Assembly (NCBI GenBank): GCA_023145535.1 | Contig: JAGLDQ010000022.1 | Span: 1-38,593, forward strand | Origin: Cocleimonas sp. | GTDB taxonomy: Bacteria > Pseudomonadota > Gammaproteobacteria > Thiotrichales > Thiotrichaceae | Direction of reading: 5' to 3' | Length of the DNA: 38,593 bases | Shown here: piece after piece, positions 17,994 through 25,749 of the stretch | Layout of the letters: every line of letters starts with the position of its first letter | Position numbering within the stretch: position 1 is the stretch's first letter | The notes under the pieces: model-generated | Databases searched by the model: none | Seen by the model: the letters and a program-made list of their open reading frames with translations, nothing else | Told to the model about the DNA's origin: nothing | Made by a program: the position numbers and the translations under genes

Positions 17994-18146
17994 TTAATTA
18001 AGCGGACCACGAGCAACAAATAGCTCAAACCAAAAATATAGGAAACCAAGACTAAACAGTATTCCGTAAATAAAGAGGATGGCCCATGTCCCTTTCGGCG
18101 AACTCTCAAGAATTTTTTTCTGCTCTTCTTCGGACATTTTTTTCAT
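17994..18146 (-). CDS. cbaD: 50-aa single-TM protein, ba3 subunit IIa-like (below the ORF-track length cut-off)
   Basis: Translation is MKKMSEEEQKKILESSPKGTWAILFIYGILFSLGFLYFWFELFVARGPLN. One TM helix ends in F.ARG, as in Thermus subunit IIa (..VFFARG). The stop lies 14 nt before the subunit II ATG, across an AGGAAG Shine-Dalgarno. Confidence 0.55.
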   Translation of the reverse strand: MKKMSEEEQKKILESSPKGTWAILFIYGILFSLGFLYFWFELFVARGPLN

Positions 18147-18332
18147 ATCATTTCCTTGTGAATTTAACCCTTAAATAATACCGTGTTATTTAAAATCGAA
18201 TTAACCAAAAAAACACAAGGTTAATGATTGGTTTTATTTCTACTAACAAATTAATTACTAATGGATGATAGCAAGTTACACTACATGCTAATAAAAATAT
18301 AGCCTCAATATGCGGTATTTAAAAAATGAACG

Positions 18333-18374
18333 CATTGCGAACGATCAATGCCTGCTGATTGATAATTCGCAATG
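18333..18374. promoter_or_regulatory. 42-bp imperfect palindrome containing two FNR/FixK-like boxes
   Basis: Arm cattgcgaacgatcaat (18333-18349) pairs with attgataattcgcaatg (18358-18374), 15/17 matches. Each arm contains a 14-mer, TTGCG-AACG-ATCAA (18335-18348) and TTGAT-AATT-CGCAA (18359-18372). It lies in the divergent oxidase/fccAB intergenic region. Confidence 0.35.
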
Positions 18375-18650
18375 AAAAACAGCATTTAAGGGTGGTATGT
18401 TGCCATTTGAGTGACATAAATCAATGAATAAGCCGATTATCTCTTACAATTTGCTCTATTTTTAAGCATTGCGATTGAGCTTATTAGTTTATTCTTATAT
18501 TGAAAATATCCTAATGATTTATTTCCATTAATAGAAAAAGTAAGTTAAATTCTATTAAAGAATGACACGGTTAGAGATTCAATTTTATAATAAGAAATTG
18601 GTTTTTTTATTCCAAAATCATAATTATGTATATAACATAAGGATTACCTA

Positions 18651-19094
18651 ATGAAAGCGTTTTTGTTATCTTTCTTTCTTATTGTCAGTGCTCTGAGTTT
18701 TGTCAATACCGTCACTGCCAAGGATATTATTGGCGGCTTAACCTTAAAGGAAAACTTTGAGCTAGCAGAACAATACCCGATGCCCTCTCCTTGGCTTTTA
18801 TCTGCCCAATGTTCTGCGTGTCATGGCACGATGGGGACGGAGTTCGATGATATTATTCCCCCTTTAGCGGGTATGGATAAACAAGAATTTATTGACAAAA
18901 TGCAAGAATATAAAACAAAAGATGCCAATCAATTTATTGTTATGGGCATTATCACACAGCCAATAACGGATAAAGAAATTGAAGCAATGGCAGACTTCTT
19001 TGCTAAATTAAAACCAGTCTCTCGGAGTCTAGGAAAAGTGCCTTACGATGTCGTCGTGCCTGACTGGGCTAACATGAATAGCGGAGCAAAGTAA
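18651..19094 (+). CDS. fccA: Flavocytochrome c sulfide dehydrogenase, cytochrome c subunit (monohaem)
   Basis: Signal peptide and a single CSACHG haem site. It sits 5 nt upstream of the flavoprotein subunit. Confidence 0.7.
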   Translation: MKAFLLSFFLIVSALSFVNTVTAKDIIGGLTLKENFELAEQYPMPSPWLLSAQCSACHGTMGTEFDDIIPPLAGMDKQEFIDKMQEYKTKDANQFIVMGIITQPITDKEIEAMADFFAKLKPVSRSLGKVPYDVVVPDWANMNSGAK

Positions 19095-19099
19095 TCAAG

Positions 19100-20422
19100 A
19101 TGAATAAGAAAGATTTGAATAAAAAAAAGGGCATGTCTCGTCGTCAAATGCTGAAAATGTTAGGCGCAACCGCTGCAACCTATGGATTACTTGGGGCATC
19201 CAGCAAAGTTTTTTCTAAAAGTGCGCCACATATTGTCATTGTGGGTGGCGGAATCGGCGGCGCAGCAGCGGCTAAATACCTTCGTTTACTCAATGCTGAC
19301 GTTAAAATCACGCTAATCGAACCTAATTCACAATATATCTTCTGCCCAGGCAGTAACGAAGTCATTCCTGGTTGGATAACGCTTGAAGATTTAATGGTCA
19401 CTTATACGGCTTTAAAAACACGTTACCATGTCAATGTCATTCATGATAAAGCAAGTATTATCGACTATGATAAAAAACAGCTCCGCTTAGAAAAAGGCAC
19501 GGTGCTTAATTATCATAAACTCATTGTTTCTCCCGGCCCTATGCATGGTTATCACGCCATCGAAGGGTTTAGTAAAGCGCTGGCTGATGGTGATTTTCCC
19601 TCCGCTTATAATGCGGGCAAACAAACGATGACGCTACGTAATCAGATCCTCTCGATGAAGCAAGGCGGAACGGTTATTATCGCCCCGCCAGAAAATGATT
19701 ATCGTTGCCCGCCTGCGCCTTATGAACGTGCCTCCTTTATTGCGGCGATGTTAAAAGAAAAAAATCCAACGGCAAAAATACTTATTTTAGATGCGAAAGA
19801 TAGCTTTGTTCTTTCTGATAACTATAATTTTTATTGGAAGAAGACCTTTGGCTATGGCACTGACAACAGCATGATTGAATGGGTACCCAAAAAGAAAGGC
19901 GGTAAAGTGGTCAAACTGGATGCCACTCATCATGCGGTTATCACGGCAGATGGACAATCCCATAAAGGCGACGTAATCAATATCATCCCGCCAGAAGCCG
20001 CAGGATTATTTGCGCTGAAGAATGATCTAGCCGATACACAGTGGTGTCCCGTTGACTTTTTAGACTTTAGCTCAATGCGACATGATGATGTTTATGTGAT
20101 TGGCGATAGTGTCGATGGCGCACCCATGCCAAAAACAGGCTATATTGCTAGTAATCAAGCACGTATCGTGGTGCAAGCCATCAATGATGAACTCCACGGC
20201 AAAGAACTGAGTACCCCGTTCATTATCAATGATTGCGTTGCAATGGCAGGACACGACTATGGTATGGCACTCTCCACAACCTTCCGCTATGCAGGCAAAG
20301 GAAAGCGCTTAAAGGATTTATATTACATTCCAGAAGCAGAAACCAACCCTGCTAAACAGATTGTACGTCAACAAGTGGCAGAAAATTGGCAGCGAACATT
20401 CCGTAAAGACATCTTTGAGTAG
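19100..20422 (+). CDS. fccB: Flavocytochrome c sulfide dehydrogenase, FAD subunit
   Basis: Tat signal SRRQMLKMLGATAA. FAD fold VIVGGGIGGAAAAKY, the YRCPPAPYERA redox-Cys block, and VYVIGD near the C-terminus. Confidence 0.85.
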   Translation: MNKKDLNKKKGMSRRQMLKMLGATAATYGLLGASSKVFSKSAPHIVIVGGGIGGAAAAKYLRLLNADVKITLIEPNSQYIFCPGSNEVIPGWITLEDLMVTYTALKTRYHVNVIHDKASIIDYDKKQLRLEKGTVLNYHKLIVSPGPMHGYHAIEGFSKALADGDFPSAYNAGKQTMTLRNQILSMKQGGTVIIAPPENDYRCPPAPYERASFIAAMLKEKNPTAKILILDAKDSFVLSDNYNFYWKKTFGYGTDNSMIEWVPKKKGGKVVKLDATHHAVITADGQSHKGDVINIIPPEAAGLFALKNDLADTQWCPVDFLDFSSMRHDDVYVIGDSVDGAPMPKTGYIASNQARIVVQAINDELHGKELSTPFIINDCVAMAGHDYGMALSTTFRYAGKGKRLKDLYYIPEAETNPAKQIVRQQVAENWQRTFRKDIFE

Positions 20423-20476
20423 TGTGCTCCCTTTCAGTTCTACGTTTTTTCATGCTCGGAGTATGTATCTGACTCT

Positions 20477-20620
20477 CTATTCATTTTTTACCATCCTTCT
20501 TAAGTTAGTAGCCCTGTTTACTAATAGGTTGGAAACTATAGCACCCGATAAAATCGACGCACCTGCATGATCCCCTGGAGGGTGAACACTTGCCCCTGCG
20601 TAGTATAAGTCAGTTTCGTC
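20477..20620 (-). pseudogene. 3' stump (47 codons) of a CrtI/amine-oxidase-family FAD oxidoreductase gene, cut by the IS left end
   Basis: The minus-strand frame reads DETDLYYAGASVHPPGDHAGASILSGAIVSNLLVNRATNLRRMVKNE*. The LY.AGAS.HPG......SG pattern is the C-terminal FAD-binding signature of phytoene-desaturase-like enzymes. There is no upstream part of the gene. Confidence 0.4.
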
Positions 20621-20621
20621 A

Positions 20622-21646
20622 GACGTTGTTGCATAAATCATAATCGTCACCATTTATAGGTGTATGAAAAACAAACAAAGCTATCGAATCAAAAATTGGA
20701 AAGAATACAATCAGGCTCTCGTTAACCGAGGCTCTCTCACCCTTTGGTTTGAAGAGGCTCAAATAGAGAAGTGGTATCACACAGAAAAAGCAACAAAACG
20801 CGGATCGCCTACCTATTATTCTGATACAGCCATTCAATGTGGTCTTGTTATCCGTGAAGTGTTTTCTTTGCCCCTACGAGCCACAGAAGGGTTTCTCTAC
20901 TTCGGCTTAATTTGGATATTCCAAATTATACAACATTCAGCCGCCGTCAATAGACTCTCGATGTTCAAATCCCCCGATGTAAAGCGGGTAAGGCGATGCC
21001 TATTGTCATTGATTCAACCGGCCTAAAAGTGTACGAAGAAGGTGAGTGGAAAGTAAGAAAGCATGGCGTAACCAAACGCCGTACAGGGCGAAAGTTGCAC
21101 CTTGCCATTGACGTGAATACGCATGAAATTGTTGCTGTTGAGCTCACGACGAATTCGGTGGGTGATTCTGAAGTATTGCCTGATTTACTAGACCAAATTG
21201 AGGACACTCAAGCAATAGAGGCGGTATCCGCCGATGGAGCGTATGATACAAAAGAATGTCATAAAGCGATTAAAGAGCGAAAAGCCGAAGCGATTATTCC
21301 CCCAGAGAAGGGTCGATTGAGTGGCCATCAGAAGACGGTGAAACTCACCCTAGAACAGCACTCGTTAAACTCTGCGAGGAATTAGGTAAGAAGGAATGGA
21401 AAAAAGTTAGTGGATCCCACCGAAGAAGTTTAGCGGAAACAGCCATGTTTCGTTTTAAATGCTTGCTCAGTGGGAATCTAAAGAATCGACGTTTTGGTAG
21501 TCAAGTAACAGAAGCTTATTGCCGAGCAGTTGCGATGAATAAAATGACATTTTTAGGTATGCCAAATTCTGTTTTACAGGGTGATTCTGCCTAAAATAAA
21601 GGGCAAGGCTTTTGCTCGCATTGAGTTTCATTTATGCAACAACGCC
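20622..21646 (+). mobile_element. IS5-family (IS903-group-like) insertion sequence, about 1.0 kb, inactivated
   Basis: Terminal inverted repeats are GACGTTGTTGCATAAAT (20622-20638) and ATTTATGCAACAACGCC (21630-21646), 16/17 matching and similar to the IS903 IR GGCTTTGTTGAATAAATC. The 9 bp flanks (gtttcgtca / atgcgtaag) are not a target duplication. Confidence 0.8.
20664..21594 (+). pseudogene. IS903-like DDE transposase gene disrupted by two frameshifts and one in-frame stop
   Basis: Three frames are needed to read it. The first gives MKNKQSYRIKNWKEYNQALVNRGSLTLW...ATEGFL. After a shift near 20895 it reads SLLRLNLDIPNYTTFSRRQ*TLDVQIPR...MPIVIDSTGLKVYEEGEWKVRKHG...IPPEKG. After a shift near 21312 it reads SIEWP...GKKEWKKVSGSHRRSLAETAMFRFK...MTFLGMPNSV. 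Confidence 0.8.
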
Positions 21647-21657
21647 ATGCGTAAGTC

Positions 21658-21795
21658 CTATAAAATATCATTTAATTTTTTTTCATTTCTAGAGATTATA
21701 ATTACTTTATTATCAACGTGTAATTTTTTTATTATTTGATAACCAATACCAGAAGTCCCCCCTGTAATGACTATAACTTTGTTATTCAATATCAT
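21658..21795 (-). pseudogene. 5' stump (45 codons) of a short-chain dehydrogenase/reductase gene ending 12 nt from the IS right end
   Basis: MILNNKVIVITGGTSGIGYQIIKKLHVDNKVIIISRNEKKLNDIL* carries the SDR TGxxxGIG Rossmann motif but stops long before the YxxxK catalytic block. Confidence 0.6.
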
Positions 21796-21942
21796 ATTTT
21801 TATCTCTTGAATGGAATGTAGAAAACATAATAAAAAACACATATGATACAAGTAAGTAGACTCAATGTGATTGTTTTTTGATCTTCATCAATTATTACTT
21901 TCCGCTTAATATTAGGTACAATAAAAACCAATATCATTAACC

Positions 21943-22491
21943 TTGGTTAAAAAAATGAATTTAGATAATTTATTTGACATAAAAGGAAAGGAAATACTTA
22001 AGAAAAAAAAAGAACATGTGTTTATTCAAGGAGATAAAAATAACTCGCTCTATTTTATAAAAACAGGATTACTTAAAGCTTATTATATCTCTCCAAAAGG
22101 AAAGGAGTTTGTTAAATCATTTATAACAGAAGGTAATATTGCCATTAATTTATCTTCTGCCTACTTTGAAAAACCTTGCACTTTTAGTCTGCAATGTATA
22201 GAAGATACTGCAATGTTAGAAATTCCACTTTCTTTAATTGATGCTTATCGAAAGAAAAATCATGACTTATCCAATCAAGTTATTGATCTATTATTGGAGT
22301 TTTCTTTGAAAAAAGAAAAAAGGGAATTTGAGTTTCTCTGCCTTTCAGCGGAGGATCGTTATAAAATGCTTTCTCAAGAAAATTCAGACCTTTTAAAGCG
22401 TTTGACTCAGAATGACATTGCTCATTATTTAGGCATAACACCTGTTGGGCTAAGCAGAATTATCAGTAGAAATTCGGTATCTTTCCTATAA
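21943..22491 (+). CDS. Small Crp-like cNMP-binding-domain regulator in a very AT-rich cassette
   Basis: About 180 aa with a beta-roll (FIQGDKNNSLYFIKTGLLKAYY) and the C-terminal HTH LTQNDIAHYLGITPVGLSRIISR. The start is either TTG at 21943 or ATG at 21955. Confidence 0.7.
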   Translation: MVKKMNLDNLFDIKGKEILKKKKEHVFIQGDKNNSLYFIKTGLLKAYYISPKGKEFVKSFITEGNIAINLSSAYFEKPCTFSLQCIEDTAMLEIPLSLIDAYRKKNHDLSNQVIDLLLEFSLKKEKREFEFLCLSAEDRYKMLSQENSDLLKRLTQNDIAHYLGITPVGLSRIISRNSVSFL

Positions 22492-22809
22492 GAAGCGATG
22501 ATATTTTTATCTACATTTTTAATTAGGATTGGGCATCCTTCATCTGTGCTAAAAGTAGTTTACACTTCTATTAACCGACCCTGATATGTGCCAGCGCTTG
22601 GTCGGTTACGTAAACTCCATCGACCCTACAAAAGAGAATAAAGTGTCAACTGAAATAGGAAGGGTGCCTAGGATTGGTATAAATCCCTCTGATTTTATTG
22701 GATGATGAATCAGGGGATTCGATAGACAGCATTATTTTTTAGCGATACCCACTACAAAGGTGTCAATGGGTACATGAAGATGCCTATTTAGGGATATTAT
22801 TCCACTCAG

Positions 22810-24723
22810 TTAAGCACTAAAATCAAATGGCTTACCAAACAGTGTATTGGTTTCTATATCACTTGCACGAATATCATACATTGGGCCAGATGAATCAATA
22901 GGGATAATGGTATCACCTACGCTAAGGCTACCACTGTTGTCGTGATCAAAAACGTATACACCGTTATCAACAGGCGTGGTGAACGTTTTGGCTATTGTCG
23001 TGAGTTCTTGCTGTTGTTGCGCTGACAACGAAACTCTTGGTAGCGCATCACCCATGGAAATTCCATTGATTGTATTGTTTATTTCATCCTCTAAGGTCAG
23101 CGTATAGGTTGCTGAATTAGGATCATTACGATCGGCAACGACAATATCTCCTGCGCCTAATCTTCCATTATTAGAACCTGAATAGATTTCAACATCACTA
23201 AAGTCAGGGCTTTGCTCTAGTAGAGATTTTAAACCCTCATTAATATGCATGGCGCCACGCACACTATTCTCATTAATAAGACGAATATCTTCTGCGTTTA
23301 AGGTGATGCTTGGGACATTTCTATCCGTACTAACGACCGTATCGCCGACACTAAGTCCGCCTGATAGATCATTATCATCAACACGGAATTCACTGATTCC
23401 TGTGTGTGCTGTTATTGCATTAACCTGTGTGGGGTTAAGGTTATCAACATAAGGCGGTTGAAAGGCGTTAATCCCTTCTAAATCTGCCGCTGTTAAGACA
23501 TGTTCAGAGCCGCCTTGAGCGCTTCCAACCCGATCACCGACACTGAGTGTTTCTGAACCATCCGCATCATGAACAGAGATATCACGTAATCCTGTCACCC
23601 CTTCAATTGCTGATCGTTGTGCGGCGGTGATATTCACATCGGCACCATCTCGTATCGTTGGGTTGTTAATGGCCTCAACATCAGCAGCAGATAAATCTCT
23701 AAACTGCTGTGATACGCTACTGGCATTACCTGTTGCAAGAACAGCCGTGTCTCCCGCACTGATCGTACCATCACCATCATTATCAATAACGCGAACACCC
23801 ACGTCACCTGTTGCACCACTTGCGCCATTAGCACCAAAAACTCCCAGTATTCCGTCGCGTTGTGACCCTGACAAGGCCACTGTTGCACTATTACTGGTAT
23901 CACTAGCCGCACGTTGCTTCATTTCATCCAGTGATAAACGCGCATCGTCAAATCTGAAATTTTCGGTATTAACGACTTCAATTCGCTGTCCTGTATCTTT
24001 ATGGATAAGAACGATTTTTGATCTATCAGGTTGGCCAAGCGCGGGTAAACTATTATTTCCTTCTTGATCATCTGCTCCAGTAGCAGGCGGGGCTTGCTGT
24101 TCTAATTTAATGGAGTATTCATCAATATTTGCTCTAATTCGAGCCGTATCAGTACCTGTGCCACCATCTAGAAAGTCATTTCCCAAGCGACTATTTAGCG
24201 TATCATTGCCTTCGCCACCGAATAGTCGATTAGTACCGCGACCACCAGCTAAATAGTCATCCCCTGTTCCACCGATTAAATTATCATTACCTTGACCACC
24301 ATAAAGACGATCATTCCCCTCATTGCCAAAAATTACATCATTGCCTTGGCGACCAAATAAGCGATCATTCCCCCCTAATCCTTGCATTCGATTATTTTTA
24401 TAATTGCCTTCTATATTATCATCCCCTTCTGTTCCGACCATATCATCAGATTCTGATGCAGACATCGTACTACTGGCTGTTGTCGTTGTTGGAGCGCTAG
24501 TTTGCGGTTTATCAGGATCTTTTTTCGTCCCTGTTTTATCATCGCCTAACTGCATCACTAAATTCTGCACTAATTGCAGTAAGTTTTTTAAAACGGCTAA
24601 CGGCAACGGCTTTCCAGCAGAGGATGATTGTAGTTGAGTGAGCGCATCCTTTATATCCTCTACCTGATGGCCACTGGTAGTAGATTGTGTGTGAACGCCC
24701 ATCGACATGTTTATGTTTGTCAT
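22810..24723 (-). CDS. Calcium-binding repeat protein with an N-proximal RTX nonapeptide block plus five C-terminal EF-hand-like modules
   Basis: Nine consecutive GGxGxDxLx-type nonapeptides span aa 115-195 (GLGGNDRLF GRQGNDVIF GNEGNDRLY GGQGNDNLI GGTGDDYLA ...). Five ~65-78 aa modules each carry a DxDxSGxLSVGD loop. No signal peptide. Confidence 0.8.
   Translation of the reverse strand: MTNINMSMGVHTQSTTSGHQVEDIKDALTQLQSSSAGKPLPLAVLKNLLQLVQNLVMQLGDDKTGTKKDPDKPQTSAPTTTTASSTMSASESDDMVGTEGDDNIEGNYKNNRMQGLGGNDRLFGRQGNDVIFGNEGNDRLYGGQGNDNLIGGTGDDYLAGGRGTNRLFGGEGNDTLNSRLGNDFLDGGTGTDTARIRANIDEYSIKLEQQAPPATGADDQEGNNSLPALGQPDRSKIVLIHKDTGQRIEVVNTENFRFDDARLSLDEMKQRAASDTSNSATVALSGSQRDGILGVFGANGASGATGDVGVRVIDNDGDGTISAGDTAVLATGNASSVSQQFRDLSAADVEAINNPTIRDGADVNITAAQRSAIEGVTGLRDISVHDADGSETLSVGDRVGSAQGGSEHVLTAADLEGINAFQPPYVDNLNPTQVNAITAHTGISEFRVDDNDLSGGLSVGDTVVSTDRNVPSITLNAEDIRLINENSVRGAMHINEGLKSLLEQSPDFSDVEIYSGSNNGRLGAGDIVVADRNDPNSATYTLTLEDEINNTINGISMGDALPRVSLSAQQQQELTTIAKTFTTPVDNGVYVFDHDNSGSLSVGDTIIPIDSSGPMYDIRASDIETNTLFGKPFDFSA
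22813..23811 (-). repeat. Five divergent ~65-78 aa protein modules (EF-hand-like loop plus L[ST]AxD[IVL]ExIN segment), coding
   Basis: The loops are at aa 314-325 DNDGDGTISAGD, 386-397 DADGSETLSVGD, 450-461 DNDLSGGLSVGD, 515-526 SGSNNGRLGAGD and 593-604 DHDNSGSLSVGD. The partner segments are LSAADVEAIN, LTAADLEGIN, LNAEDIRLIN, LTLEDEINNTIN and IRASDIETN. Confidence 0.65.
24139..24381 (-). repeat. RTX (haemolysin-type) nonapeptide repeat block, coding
   Basis: This is aa 115-195 of the 637-aa protein. Its 27-nt periodicity encodes G-G-x-G-x-D-x-[LIF]-x. Confidence 0.8.
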
Positions 24724-25148
24724 AAATTCCTTCCTTAGAGAGTGTAATGGTTTATTTAGTTAGTTATAAAATACCTTCACCACTTATGCGGTTAGTTGAG
24801 TGATTATTTTGAATAGTTAACAACGAACGAGTAAACACTCAGCTTCTTTCATTTAGGCAAAAGGTATCCCGCTACGAATACTCTTTTCAAACAACAACAA
24901 CGACTTTAAAAGGGGTTAATGGTCATAATGAAGGGATTAACGAAATCTCATAAAATTTGAAGAACTCATGTCATTGAATGCTTTGATCATTAAAAAAATA
25001 ACAATGGCAGGCAAGTGAATGATTAATCCATCTCCATTGTCTAGGTCGTGGTTTGTTTTTAGGCTATTGCGTCTCTTATAAATCGCTTGGTTTTTATCGA
25101 TTTCCTTATGTTATAATTCAGCGTTCTGCTAACTGAAATAAAGCCCCT

Positions 25149-25748
25149 ATGAATGAACGCACAGCTACAGTACAACGCGATACACTAGAAACTCAAATTA
25201 GTGTCACGATCAACCTTGACGGCGCTGGAAAAGCACGTTTTAAGACGGATATTCCCTTTTTAGACCATATGCTTGAGCAAATAGCCCGTCATGGTTTGAT
25301 TGATATAGAAATTGAAGCAACGGGTGATCTAGAAATCGATGCTCATCATACCGTTGAAGATATTGGTATTACGCTGGGCAAAGCATTTAATCGTGCGATT
25401 GGGAATAAAAAAGGTATTACACGCTATGGTCATGCCTATGTACCATTGGATGAAGCACTTTCTCGGGTCGTTATTGATTTTTCAGGTCGCGCAGGATTGA
25501 TCCATAATGTTGACTATAAACGTGCTTCTATTGGAAGTTTTGATACTGATTTGTTCCATGAGTTTTTTCAAGGCTTTGTCAATAGTGCCAAAGTAACGTT
25601 ACATCTGGATTGCATCCGTGGGCGCAATGCACACCACATTGCAGAAACCATTTTTAAAGCTTTTGGGCGCGCATTACGCATGGCGGTTCAAATGGATTCA
25701 CGTATGGGAAGTGCAATTCCTTCCACTAAAGGAACATTAACGAGTTAA
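25149..25748 (+). CDS. hisB: Imidazoleglycerol-phosphate dehydratase (monofunctional)
   Basis: RETKETQI-like start ([10 protein letters not shown]) and the two conserved HH/E metal motifs ([28 protein letters not shown]). 199 aa. Confidence 0.95.
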   Translation: MNERTATVQRDTLETQISVTINLDGAGKARFKTDIPFLDHMLEQIARHGLIDIEIEATGDLEIDAHHTVEDIGITLGKAFNRAIGNKKGITRYGHAYVPLDEALSRVVIDFSGRAGLIHNVDYKRASIGSFDTDLFHEFFQGFVNSAKVTLHLDCIRGRNAHHIAETIFKAFGRALRMAVQMDSRMGSAIPSTKGTLTS

Positions 25749-25749
25749 T

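Noticed and set aside
20893-21320. Possibility that the transposase frame changes are programmed ribosomal frameshifts
   Set aside because: IS903-group transposases are single-ORF proteins. Here there are two shifts in different directions plus an in-frame TAG (after SRRQ), and no slippery heptamer at the junctions. This is decay, not recoding.
22572-22719. Two hairpins between the convergent Crp-like and RTX genes (taaccgacc/ggtcggtta with a 19-nt loop; aatccctctgatt/aatcaggggatt with a 13-nt loop)
   Set aside because: The loops are large and there are no adjacent U-tracts. They may aid termination of the convergent genes, but they do not resemble a known RNA, tRNA or MITE. The TCGAATCCCC resemblance to a tRNA T-arm fails on stem and loop geometry.
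23249-24637. Several plus-strand and alternative-frame ORFs (67-146 aa) inside the RTX/EF-hand gene
   Set aside because: They are repeat-driven open frames antisense to, or out of frame with, a gene whose own frame shows clear nonapeptide periodicity.
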